This document shows positions 13,210-26,564 of a stretch of 64,000 nt of DNA, one piece after another (the stretch's first letter is position 1; every line of letters begins with the position of its first letter). Source of the stretch: the human T2T-CHM13v2.0 reference genome, Homo sapiens; assembly GCF_009914755.1 (NCBI RefSeq), contig NC_060944.1. The stretch is one strand, 5' to 3'. The translations under genes were made by a program, and so were the position numbers. A model generated the notes under the pieces. That model was not told the DNA's origin. It saw only the letters and a program-made list of their open reading frames with translations, and ran no database searches.

Positions 13210-13389
13210 GTGTTTCTTAGTCAGCTTGGACTGTCATAACAAAATACCATGGCCGGAGTGGTTTCAACAATAGAAGTTTCTTTTCTCACAGTTCTGGAGG
13301 CTAGAAATTCAGGAGCAGGGAGTCACCATGGTCAGGTTCCGGTGAGAGCTCTCTTCCTGGCTTGCAAATGGCTGCCTTCTCATTGTGTC

Positions 13390-13426
<37 letters not shown>

Positions 13427-13603
13427 AACTAAGCTCTCTGGTGTCTTTTCTCAGGGCACTGATCTCAGGGCACATGATGGCCACATCCTTATAATCATAT
13501 CTAAACCTAATCACCTTCCAAAGGCCTTATGTCCAGCTACCATCCCACTGGCGCTAGGGCATCTACTTACCAATTTGGAGAGTACACAACTCAGTCCATA
13601 GCA
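13210..13603 (-). mobile_element. MLT1 solo LTR containing (GA)n at ~13393-13423
   Basis: TCTTAGTCAGCTTGGACTGTCATAACAAAATACCA...CTCACAGTTCTGGAGGCTAGAA...CAGTCCATAGCA. Confidence 0.8.
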
Positions 13604-13929
13604 CTGTGTAATAAAAATAATAGCAAAAATCAATTATTTACATTGCATGGGACTTTGCAATGCAATGAACAATATCAGCATAGTCACAATGTAAACGCCA
13701 TTTACTGAGTTTCAGATTTAGAAACATCTCACGGATAAAGCACAGATGATTTCATTATGCCGCAGGGCAGAGTCCAGATGTCATTGGTGTTGAAGAGTTG
13801 GACATAACAATGAAGAGGCCAGAGGAGGCAGTGAGCTGGAGGCCAGGGTGGGATTCCGGATTCTGCACTGGCACCATGGGGAGTGTAGAGCCGCATTCCC
13901 TTATATGGAACAAGAAATAGAGTCTAGAT

Positions 13930-14522
13930 GAGGCAGGGAAGTGAAATTTTTCCCCTGAAGTTTTGGAAAATTGAGACTATAAAACAAACTGAGAGTAGAC
14001 AGATTAACTGGAAAAAAGGAATACAAATGTGTTAGGTGCACTGTGTGCACAGGAGTCGTACAAAATATGAAAACTCAAAGAAATGTCCAGATGGCTGATG
14101 CTTTTATAGCATCGTGAGCTTACAGAAAGAATAGTTTGGCGCATGGAACACGTTATGGTGGCAATGCAGGTTATGAGAAGGAGAGAAGGGGAGGAAATGC
14201 ATGGAGCAAAGACAATCTTGTTTTGCAGATGAAACTTCACCTCAGAAAGAATAGATGGTAGCCGGTAGGAATGTTTCTCTGTCAGAACTTTAAAGGTGTC
14301 AAACTCTCAGTTAATTTTTTTTTAGATCTGGACAAGATGGGCTTAGACAGAGCCTGTTCACATCTGTTGTTTACTTCACTGTATTTCCTCCGCAGATGCA
14401 GATCTCCCCTACAAGAGACATCTTTGCAGGGCTAGCCTTAGGTTCACAGGACTTCTGAATAGCCATCTAGAAATATGTCAGATAGATATATTTTGGGGTG
14501 AAATATTTTTGGTTTCCTTTAA
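13930..14522 (-). mobile_element. ERV1-class LTR (MER34/MER39-like)
   Basis: Reverse terminus AAGGAAACCAAAAATATTTCACCCCAAAATATAT..TGACATATTT. Subfamily uncertain. Confidence 0.55.
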
Positions 14523-14609
14523 TAACAGGCATGTTTAGGAAACCCAATCTAGCAACAAGAAATACTCATCCTTCTCCAGGGCAAGTGAAAAATTCTTCAA
14601 GATAGACCA

Positions 14610-15728
14610 TATATGGCAATTATTTCTTTAACATGACACTGAAATTTTAAAAGGAACCAACGGAAAAAAATAGCTAAATTGGACTTCGTGAAAATGAAAA
14701 ACTTTTGTACTTTTAAAGAACATTATCAAAAAGATGAAAAACAACATAAGGAATGGGAGAAAAATTTTGCAAACCATATATCGGATAGAGATACACTATC
14801 TAGAGTATATAAATAAGTATTACAACTTAACACTGAGAAGACAAATTGCCCAAGTAAAACATGGGCAAAGCATTGAAAAGACATTTCTCCAAAGAAGATG
14901 TACAAATGATAAATAAGCACACAAAAGGATTCAGAATATCATTCATCGTTAGGGAAATACAAATCAAAACCTCAGTGAGACACCACTCTGTACCCACTAA
15001 GGTGGCCATTAAGAAAGAAAAAGGAAAGTAACAAATATTGGTGAGGAACTGGAGAAATTGCAACCTTTATAAATTGCCAGTGGGATATAAAATGGTGCAT
15101 CCACTGAGGAAAGCAGTTTGTTTCTTCCTCCAAGAGTTAAACATAAAACTACTGTATGACCCAGCAATTAATACCACTCCCAGGTCTGTATCCAAGAGGA
15201 ATGAAAACATACGTCCACACAAAAACTTGCACAAGAATATTCATAGTGGTATGATTTGTAGCAGCCAAAAAGTAGAAACTACCCAAATGTCAATCAACTG
15301 GTGGATAAACAAAATATGGTGCATCCATACAATGGAATATCATTTAATAACAACAAAAAGGGATGAAGCACTGATTCATGCTACAACATGGATGAACCTT
15401 GAAAATATGCTGAGTGAGTGAAGCCAAACACAAAAGACCACATATCATATGACGCCACTTAGATGAACTGTCCAAACAGGCAAATCTATGGAGATGGAAT
15501 ATCGATTAGGGGTTTCTAGGGGATGGCAAAAGAGGGAAATGAGGGAACAGCTACTAATGGGAATAGGATTTCACTTCGGAGCAATGAAAATGTTCTGGAA
15601 TTAGATAATGATAATGGTTGCACAATTTTGTAAATATGCTAAAAGAACTCTGAATTGTACATTTCACAAAGGTAAATGTTATGGAATGTGAATTGTGTCT
15701 CAATTTTTTAAATTAAAAAAAAAAAAAG
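14610..15728 (+). mobile_element. L1M(B)-type 3' fragment (ORF2 end, 3'UTR, polyA)
   Basis: AGACATTTCTCCAAAGAAGAT...CTACAACATGGATGAACCTTGAAAA...TTCTGGAATTAGATA, then an A-tail. Confidence 0.85.
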
Positions 15729-15738
15729 AAAGAAAGAT

Positions 15739-16160
15739 GGCCAGGCATGCTGGCTCATGCTTGTAATCCCAGCACATTAGGAGGCCAAGGCAGGAGGATC
15801 ACTTGAGGTCAGGAGTTCAGGACTATCCTGGGCAACATAATGAGACCCTGTCTTTACTAAAAATAAAAACTAAAATATAGGCAGGTGTGGTGGTGCGTGC
15901 CTGTAGTCCCAGCTACTTGGGAGGTGGAGGTGGGAAGATTGCTTGTGCCCAGGAGTTGAGGCTGCAGTGAGCTATGATCGCACCACTGCACTCCAGCATG
16001 GGCAACCTGGTAATTGTGTGCACCCAGCTTCATAACTGTGGTCATCTGAAATACTGTGACAAACAACTGAAGTCTTTGATGAGGTTGTTCAAAAACCACA
16101 GTGGATTACCACTACACCTGCAGATCCTGTCTCAAAAAAGAAAGAAAGGAAGAAGAAAGA
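15739..16160 (+). mobile_element. AluJ interrupted near its 3' end by a ~115-bp non-Alu insertion (~16007-16121)
   Basis: Alu runs to ...CCAGCATGGGCAAC, then foreign sequence, then AGATCCTGTCTCAAAAA. Candidate TSD AAGAAAGAAAG. Confidence 0.9.
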
Positions 16161-18234
16161 AAGTGTTGCAGGAGAACTTCCATTTTCAGCTCTGACATGC
16201 TGACAACTTAGAAGTCATCACTCTTAACCCTTACAACAAGAAAATCTGAACACACTGAAAATCAATAACTTTTCTTTGACTCCTCAGAGTACTGAAGTCA
16301 GAGGGCAAGCAGCCACCCTAAAATATGCAGAGATGACTGAATCCAGTGACTCCCCACTGATATCTGTTTAACTGGGGAAGAAGTTTTTGGAATAAATTGG
16401 TAGAAACACTTAACTGGTAATTTTGGTGAATTGTCAGAGGATGAGTGTGTACTAGCATGAAAATTAATCCTGGCAGCTGCAGTCTTAGGGGGCCCCCACA
16501 TTTTCATGGGTTTTACCTCTAGGAATCCCTCCAGGTTTTTAGAGTAAAGAAGTGAGAAGATCCCCAGCTGGGCTGGCAATGGAAGGGAAAGAGTAGCCAC
16601 TGCAATTCACCCAGAGTGTCCTCCACAAAAATGTCCTGCTCTCCAGGGAAAAAGACTCCACCGGAGCCCTCAGCCTTCCTGTCTTACCTAAGCAGGGAGA
16701 GAAAAAGCTAAGCAACACTTGTGAAGGTCACAGCCCAGGAACAGCAGCACACGAAGTAACTCAGATTCAATCATAAGATTATAAAATCCTTATCTTCCCC
16801 ATACTATACCACCACACCAATAGGGCTTCAGGAAAATAGGAGATTTCACCCGGAAGAGCAGGAAGACACAGGCTGTCTTTGAGGAGGAATACTTAGGAGA
16901 GCCCCAAGTGAACAGGGATAATGAAAACAAGGACACTAGAGGAATTTGAAGTCTCTGGCACTACAGCTACAGAAAACATTAAATACAGCCCAACTCCTGG
17001 ACAGAATAACATAAAACCTCACACTTAAGGCCTCTATACCTCAATTCTTATTACCCAATACTTGATGTCTGGTTTTCAATAAAAAATTACCACACATGCT
17101 GAAATGCAAGAAAAAACATAATCTGAAGAGACAAAACAAGCATCAGAACCAGACTTAGCAATGGCACAGATTTTGGAATTATCAGGCAGAAAATTGAAAT
17201 AACTATGATTAATATGGTAAGGGTTCTAATGGGAAAAAAAAGTAGTTAGGCAATGTAAGCAGAGAATAAAAACGCTAAGAAAGATGCAAAAGGAAATACT
17301 GGAAATAAAAAACACCATTAACTGAAATAATGAATATCTTTGATGGGCTCATCAATAGAATAAATCCAGCAAAGGAAAGGAAGAGCTTGAAAGTACATCA
17401 AGAGAAACTTCCCAATTGGAAAAGCAAAGAGCAAAAAGAATGGAAGAAAACAGAATAGAAAATCCAATAACTGTGGGACAATTTCAGAAGATTTAATATA
17501 TGGGTAACTGGAATACCAGAAGGAGATGAAAGAGAAAACAGACCAGAGGAGATACTTGAAGCAATAATGGCTGGGAATTCTCCAAAATTAATGACAGACA
17601 CCAACTATTTGATCTTGGGAGTTCACAGAACATCAAGCAGGATAATCACCAAAACGTCTACCTAGATATATTCAAAGTGACAAAAAACAAAGATAAAGAG
17701 AAAACAACGAAAGAGGCCAGAAAGGAAAAAAGCCCTATCTTACCTATAGAGGAACAAGAAAAATAATTACATCAGACTTCTTTCCAGAAACAATTCAAGC
17801 AAAAACAAAAACAAAAACAAAACAAAAAACAAAAACAAAAACAAAAAAATTAGTAGACTAAAATAGTTAAAGTGTCAAAAGAAAACAACTACCAACTTAG
17901 AATTCTATGTTCAGTTAAAATATCCCTCAAAATTAAGAGAAATAAAGACATTCCCATATAAACAAAAACTGGAGAAATTATTGCCAATAGACCTGCTTTG
18001 CAAGAAATATTAAGTTCTTCAGGGAGAAGAAAAATGATGTAGGTCAGAAACTCAGATTTACATAAAAAATGGAAGGGCACTCAATAAAGTATAAGTGGAG
18101 ATAAAATTAAATTTTATGTTTCTTATTTTGATGATTTAACAGGTAATTGTTCAAAATAACAATAGAAACAATGTATTCATTGATCATAACTTTACAGAAA
18201 TGTTGTAAAGAACAGGAGGGAGGAATTGGAACTC

Positions 18235-18699
18235 TGCGCTGTGGACCGAATGTTTATGTTCCCCTAAAATTCTTATGCTGAACTGCTAATTCATAATGTG
18301 ATAATATTTAAAGATGAGACCTTTGGGAGGTAATTAAGAGTTAGACTAGGTCACGAGGGTGGGACTCTCATAATGGGATTAGTGGCCTTATAAAAAGAGG
18401 AAGATCTCTCTCTCTTTCTCTCTCTCTCTCTCTCACTGCTCTCTCTCTGTCTTTCTTCGTCCCTCTGTCACTCCCTACCTCCCCACACACATGCACTGAG
18501 AAAAGTCCATGTGAGGCGACAGCAAGAAGGTAAGTATCTGCAACCCAAAGAGAAAGCCCTCACCAGGAGCCTAATCAGCTGGCATTTTGATCCTAAACTT
18601 CCTAACTTCCAGAACTGTGAGAAAATAAATTTCTGTTGCTTAAGCCAGCGAGTCTATGGCATTTTGTTATGGCAGTCTGAGCAGACTGTTACAAAGACA
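18235..18699 (+). mobile_element. MLT1 solo LTR nested in L1, with internal (TC)n
   Basis: TGTGGACCGAATGTTTATGTTCCCC...CCAGAACTGTGAGAAAATAAATTTCTGTTG. Confidence 0.8.
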
Positions 18700-19692
18700 C
18701 TCTGTTACAAAATACATGCACTCTACATGAAGCAGTCCATTTTTAGAAATTGGACTAAGAATAATTGTAAATGTATATTGAAAACTCTAGAGCAACCACT
18801 AAATTTTTAAAAATGAAATATTGATTTGTTAAGAGAGGGGAGAAAAATGGAATCATATAATGCTCCACTAAAGCCAAAGACATCAGACATCAGAAAAACA
18901 GGAAGATAAAAAATGAAATAAGGAATAAGTACAACAAAGAGAAACAGCTACAAACATGGCAGATATTAGTCCAGATATATCAATAATCACTTTAAAGATG
19001 AATGGGCTAAATATACCAGTTAGAAGACAGAGTGCCAGAATAGATTTTTAAAAAACAATATCCTTTTATATATTGTCTACAGAAACCCACTTTAAATAAA
19101 AAACTTGAACAGGTTAAGAGTAAAAGAATAGACAGAGATATACTATACTAACACAAATCAAAAGAAAGTTGGAGTAGCTATGTTAATTTCACAAAGGCAG
19201 ACTTCAAAACAAGGAAAGTTATCAGGAATAAAGAGGGACGTTATGTAATAATAAAAGGGGTAGTTTTCCAAGGAGATACAACAATCCTAAACATGTATGA
19301 ACCCAACACAGAACATAAAAATATTCAGGACAAAAACTGATAGAAATGCAATAAGAAGTAGAAAAACCTGCTCCTGCAGTTGGACTCTCCAACACCTCTC
19401 TTTAGTAATTGATAGATCAAGAAGGCAGAAAATCCGTAGGAATAGAATTGATCTGAACAGCAGTGTCAATCAACAAGATGTAATTGACATTTATAGAATA
19501 CTCCATCTGACAGCAAATTACAACATTCTTCTCAAGCTTACATAAAACTTTCACCAAAATGGACCAAATTCTGGGCCATAAAACACATTTTAACAGATTT
19601 AAAATAATATAGGAATCATACGTAGTATGTTCTCAGACCACAACGGATTTAAACTATATCAGTAGTTATCAATGTCTGGATGTAAACAACAT

Positions 19693-21526
19693 AGATTTGG
19701 ATCATAACTCCAAAAGACACAATGCTGAATGCCATAATCCCAAATGTTGAAATCCTCAAAGATAAAAATCTCTAAAGTTTAAATCTCTAAAGTCTCAAAT
19801 CCCAAAAATCACAATCACGGGATGGTTGCATCATGTCAGGCAGAACTATGACCTTGTTATTGTCATTTAAAAATTAAGTATGGCTTAAAGAGATGTGTAT
19901 ACGGGAGCCAAATTGACAGGGGTGAAATTTTAGACTTAATTTTAGGTTTCGATTTGACTGGATTAAGAAATAGTAGATTTACTAGAATCCCAGTAAAGCA
20001 TTATTTTGGGGGTTGCTGTTTGATTGCCAGTATTTTTTTCTGCCACATCTGGGGTCTGTATGTAAGTGCGTGTGAAACGGGTTTTTGCATGCCCAAAACA
20101 ACACAGAAGTATGGCACAGAAGATAAGAAAATATAATCGGGAATGCTCATGTCAGTGTCTATTAAGTCACAGAATTTCAAAAGAAGTGGCCATACAGAAA
20201 GTGAATGTGAACATCTTTTTGAGGACAGTCATGTGCTAAAGGGAAAAAAGCAGCTATTCGTCATGATGCAAGACTGCAAAACGTAGTTAATGACCATGAA
20301 AGCCAGCCAGCTCTTATGGGCTATTCCTGAGGAATTACCCATAATCTATACCTGAGATACCTTTTACTTACATCAATTTTTTTAGATTTTTAGGTTTTTC
20401 TCCTTTTTTTTTCTTTTTCTTTTTTTTTTTTTTTTTGAGATAGGGTCTCACTCTGCCACCTAGGCTGGAGTGCAGTGGTGTGACTCCACTGCTGCCTTGA
20501 CCTCTCTGGCTCAAGCAATTCTCCTACGTCAGCCTCCAGAGCAGCTGGGAATACAGCCACACACCACTATGCCTGGTTAATTTTTAAATTTTTTTTTGTA
20601 GAGATGGAGTCTCCCTATGTTGCTCAGGCTGGTCTTGACCTCCTGGGCTCAAGCACTCCTCCCACCTCCACTTCTTAAAGTGCTGAGATTACAGGCATGA
20701 GTCACTGTGCCCAGCACTTTCTTTTTTCAAGTTTGTTTTTTTTCATTATTTTAAATTGTCAGCATTCATTTTTACAATTCATTATGCTATGTATTTCATG
20801 TTTGAATCATTTCCAATACTGAAAATATAAATTGTATAGAGACTTTTAGGGAGCTGTAATTCATTTTATGCATTTTTTACAAATTTGACTCCATGAAAGT
20901 GCACTATCGCAATGTTGACTTTGTGTGTAAGCATTGTGCGTGTATGGAAAAATGTTGAAACTGTCTCAATAAACGAAGAGATGTCCTTTTCGTACATCTG
21001 CATTTGTGAAAGATAACATTTCTTGAGATCTTGGCTCTTTGTGAAACTATACGCAGTGGTAATCAATTGTGGGTTTTTAACAATCTCATCAGACTTAGAT
21101 TGTTTGTCACAATATTGCAGACAACCACAGTTAGAAAGCTGGTTGCGTACAATTACCAACCATAGTGATACAAGTTTATACGTTCCCTTTTTAACCTATT
21201 TCTTTTCGCAGTTTGTCTGCTCATAACTGTTATACCCATGTGGCTGTCTTTAGTATACCTGCTTGCAAAAATATGTGTTATTATTGCCTATTTTATTGTG
21301 TAAAGTGGCCTCTGAAGTGTTCTGTTATGTTTTTATGTTTCTCAAATAATTTCCTCTTTAAAATTTCTTCTTTAAAATGTCTTTTAAATAAATTTTTTTT
21401 CAGAATTATATTTTTGAAATTTCGATCTTTTGGGATTGTAAATTTTGGGATTTCAGACTTGGGTGACTTTTATCTTTTAAGATTTCAACATTCGGGACTG
21501 TGTCTTTGGGATTATGATTGGCTCTC
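19693..21526 (+). mobile_element. Ricksha (MULE/MuDR-type non-autonomous DNA transposon) nested in L1 ORF2
   Basis: Long imperfect TIRs (ATCATAACTCCAAAAGACACA / TGTGTCTTTGGGATTATGAT). 9-bp TSD AAACAACAT (19684-92) / AAACAACAC (21527-35). L1 resumes after the TSD. Confidence 0.8.
20402..20715 (-). mobile_element. AluJ nested in Ricksha
   Basis: Poly-T followed by a reverse Alu. Confidence 0.9.
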
Positions 21527-21983
21527 AAACAACACATTCCTAAATAACCAATGAGTCAAAGAAGAAATGACAAGGAAAATTAGAATATACTTTGAGATAA
21601 ATGAAAGCATGAAACATACCAAAACTTATAAGATGCAGCTAAAGCAGCACTTAGAGAAAACTTTTAGCACTAAAATGTAAAGATCAGCAAAGAAGAAAGA
21701 TCTCAAATGAACAACCCAAGTCAACACCTGAAGAAACTAGAAAAAGGAGAATAATTTAAGCCTAAAGCAAATAGATGTGAAAATAAAAATCGTAAAACAA
21801 TTTTAAAAAAATCAACAAAACCAAACCCTGGTTCATTAAAAAAATCAATAAAGTTAATAAACCTCTAGCTAGGCTAATCAAGAAAAAAGAGAAAAGACAT
21901 AAACTACCAATATCTGAAATAAAAGAGTCATCATCATTACTGATTCCATGGACATTGAAAGGATAATAAAAAATATCAAAAAT

Positions 21984-22415
<432 letters not shown>

Positions 22416-22904
22416 TCAACAAATAAACTAATTTATAATTAATAACCTTCCAATAAAGAAAGCATCAGGCTCAGATGGTTTTCTTTGGTGAATTTTGCCA
22501 AACATTTAAGGAAGATATGATACAAATTTTCTACAGTCTCTTCCAGAAAATAGAAACAGAGGAAACATTATGTAAATCATTCTATGAGGCTAGAAGTACT
22601 CTATTAACAAAAGTTTATAAAAACTTCACAAGAAATAAAAACTATGAAACAATATCTTTTTTGAACATAGAGCAAAAATCCTTAACTAAATAATGGCAAA
22701 TTGAATCCAACCATGTATAAAAAGAATTATACACCATGACCCATGACCCAGTGGTATGCAAGACTGGTTTAACACTCAGAAAACCCAACATCATCCACAC
22801 TAACAGGCTAAAGAGGAAAAATCATATGATCATATCAGCGATACAGAAAAAGTATTCGACAAATTCCATTATCCATTCTTGATAAAAGGTAGTAGGAATA
22901 AAGA

Positions 22905-23242
22905 TGCAATAGACGGACTGTGTATCCCCAAATGTATATGTAGAAATCTTAACTCTTAAGGTGATGGCATAAGATGGGCGCAGGAGGAAAGAGCTTTCAT
23001 GATTGGGATTAGTGCCCTTATAAAAAAAGATTTCAGAGAGATCTCTCACTCCTTCCACCATATGAGTTCCCAGCAAAACGACAGCTGTCTATGTACCAGG
23101 AAGCCCTCCCCAGACACTGAATCTACCATGGCTTTGATCTTGGGCTTTCCAGCCTCCAGAACTGTAAGAAATACAGTTGTGTTGTTTTTAAGCCACCTAG
23201 TCTATGGCATTAATGTCATAGCAGCCCAAGTCAACTGAGACA
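22905..23242 (+). mobile_element. MLT1A-type solo LTR nested in L1
   Basis: GGATTAGTGCCCTTATAAAA...CCAGCCTCCAGAACTGTAAGAAATA...GAGACA. Confidence 0.8.
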
Positions 23243-25365
23243 AGAGGAGAACTGCTTCAGCTTAATAAAGAGCAGCTATACAAAGAACTTACCATTAACA
23301 GTATACTTAATGGTGAGAAGCTGGATAGCTTCCCTGCTAAAATTAGGAAGAAGGCAAGGATAACCTTCTCACTAGTTCTGTTCAGTATTGTTCAACATTG
23401 TACTGAAAGGCCTCGGTAACTACCTAGGACAATAAGACAATAAAAGGAAATAAAATGTGTACAGATACAGAAGAAATAAATAAAACTGTTTTTGTTCATA
23501 GATGACATTATTGTCTACATAGAAAATCCTAAAGAATCAACAACAACAACAAAAAGTACCTGCAACTAATAAGTAATAATAACAATGTCTTCGGGTATCA
23601 GGTTAATACAAAAGCTAATTACTTTCCTATATACCAGCAATGAACAATTAAAATTTGAAGTTAAAAATATCACTCAAAACAGCACCAACCAAAAATGAAA
23701 TACTTAGGTATAAATCTAGCAATATATAAGATCTATATGTCTAAAACTACAAAATCCTAATAAAAGAAACAACAGATCTAAATAAATGGATAGTCTGTGC
23801 TCATGAATTGGAAGATTCAATATTATTAATGAGTCAATTTTTCCCAACCTGATTCATAGAGTCAATACAATCCCAATAAAAATCCTAGCAAACTATTTTG
23901 TAGATATTGACAAACTGATTCAAAATTGTATATTGAAAGGCAAAATATCTAAAATAGCCAAGACAATAATGAAGAAAAGAAAAAAGTCGGAGGGCTCACA
24001 CTAACTTATCTGAAGACTTACTATAAAACTGTATCCATCAAGATAGCATGGTATTGGCAAAAAAGTGGACAAATTGATTAGTGGAACAGAATAGAGGTCC
24101 AGAAAGAGACTACACAAATATAGTCAATTGATCTTTGATGAAGGAGCAAAGGAAATTCAATGTAGAGAGGAAAGTCCTTTTTAACAATTGGTCCTTTTAA
24201 CAATTTTAACAATTGGAACACTTGAATATCATGTGCAAAAACATCAACCTAGACGCAATGCTTACGCTTTCCCAAAAATTCACTCAAAATGGATCCTGGA
24301 CCTAAAACACAAAACCATAAAACCTTGAGAAAGAAATATGGGTAGAAAATCTAGGTGACCTTTGGCTTGGTGGTGAGCTATCAGATATAACCCGAAAAGC
24401 ATGATCCATGAAAGAAAAAATTGATAATTATTGATAAATTGGACTTTATTAGGATAAAAAATCCTGATCGGTGAAAGACAATGTTAAGAGAATAAAAAGA
24501 CAAGCCACAGATTGGGAGAAAATATTTACAAAACACACATCAGATAAAGGACTTGTATCAAAAATATACAAAGAACTTGTGAAACTCAACAATAAGGAAA
24601 CAAACAACCCCATTTAAAAATGGGCCAAAGATCTGAACAGATACCTCAACACAGAAGATATACAGATGGCAAATAAGCATATGAAAAGATGCTCAAAATC
24701 ATTTGCCACTAGGGAATTTCAAATTAAAAAACAATAAGTTATCATCACACATCTATTAAAATAACTAAAATAAAAAGAAAACCTGACTATACCAATGCTG
24801 GCAAAAATATGGAGCAACAGGCGTTCTCATTCTTGCTGGTGAGAATGCAAAATGGTACAGCTACTTTGGAAGATGGTTTGGTAGCTTCAGACAAGGCAAA
24901 CATAGTCTTACTATGTAATCCAGCAATTGTGGTACTAGGTATTACCCAGAGGATCTGAAACTTATGACCACAAAAAAAGCCTGCATATGAACATTTTAGC
25001 AACTCTGTTTGGAATTGCAAACTAGTGATTATGAAACAACAAAAATGTCCTTCAGTAGGGGAATAGATAAACAGAACATGGTATATTGATACAATAGAAT
25101 ACTATCAGCAATGAAAGCAAATGAGCTACCAAGGCACAAAAAGACATGGATGAATTGTAAATGAATACTGCTAAGTGAAAGAAGCTAGTCTGAAAATGTT
25201 ACATATTGTATGCTTCAATTACTTGACATTCTGTAAAAGGCAAAATTATAGTAATAGTACAAAGATAAATGGTTGCCAGGGGATTGGGGGGATGGTAAAG
25301 GGGAGAAGAGATTCATTAGGTGAAAAATGGGAGATGTTTAGGCCAGTGAAACTATTCCATAATGA

Positions 25366-25865
25366 TGAGGTAGGAGGCAGGACTTGACTCCAGAAGTGGG
25401 GCTCAGACACTAGGCCAACCTGAGGACTAGCTAAAACAGGGATGGGGTGGAAGCAGCTTTCCATGAGACACACCACCAGTGTGCCATGTCAGTTTGCCAT
25501 TACCGTGGCAACACCTGGGAGTTACTGCCCCTTTCCATGACAATGACCTAACAACCCAAAAGTTACCACCCTTTTCCTAGAGATTTCTGTGTAAACCACC
25601 CCTTAGTCTACACGTAACTAAAAGTAGGTATAAGTACGATTGCAGAACTGCCCTGAGCTGCTACTTTCAGCACACTGCCTACAGGGTGGCCCTGCTCTGC
25701 AGGAGCAGTCATGGGGCTGTAACACTTTTAGAACTCTAATAATGCTGCTTCAAAAAAGCTGTTTTCATCTACCCTACCACTGACTCACCTTTGGATTCTT
25801 TCCTGGGTGAAGCCAAGAACCCTTGCAGGCTAAGCCCCACTTTGGGGTTTGCCTGCCGTACATCA
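25366..25865 (+). mobile_element. ERV1 solo LTR (MER66-like) nested in the L1 3'UTR
   Basis: TG...CA ends with 4-bp TSD ATGA (25362-65 / 25866-69). Start TGAGGTAGGAGGCAGGACTTGACTCC...GAGGACTAGCTAAAACAGGG. Confidence 0.75.
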
Positions 25866-26564
25866 ATGATACCTTAATGGTAGATTTATGACACTATGCA
25901 CTTGTCAAAATCCATAGAACTTTGCAGAACAAAGAATGAACCTTAATGTATGTAATTTTTTTAAAGATTAGGAGGTTGAGGGAATCTCAGGGTGAAATGC
26001 AGAATGTGACCGAACAATCTAACTGCATTACAAATGTAGGGAACAACCTCACCGAAAGGGAAAGGGTGCTAACCCAAGTAACTTTGGAAATGAGTGGAGT
26101 CTGTAAGACTAAAGACAAAAGAAACTGTACATAAAAACTGGATGCTAGTTGATAAAATTATTTCCTATGAGGATACCAGTTAACAATTCTGATACTGCTA
26201 CCTAAGTACACAGGAACTGGATAATTAAATAAATGGATGATGAGTGATGGGACCCATGTTTCTCACTGCTGGGGTGAGAGATTGCAGATAAGTAAGGGGA
26301 GAAGGCTAGAATAATTCATGCGGTGACAGATTAGGATTGGAGATAGCAGTATGAATTCATGTTTAGTTTAATTTAAATACAGATGGTTACATATACAAAT
26401 ATTTATAAATATATGTATATGTATATATAAATATAAATATTTATAAATATAAAATATTGATAAATATATGTATAAATATGGGCTACTATACACACATATA
26501 TTTCCTTGCTAAGTCAGCTGAAAGGGTCTAGAAACAATGGAACCCATAATAGCATGAACACCTA

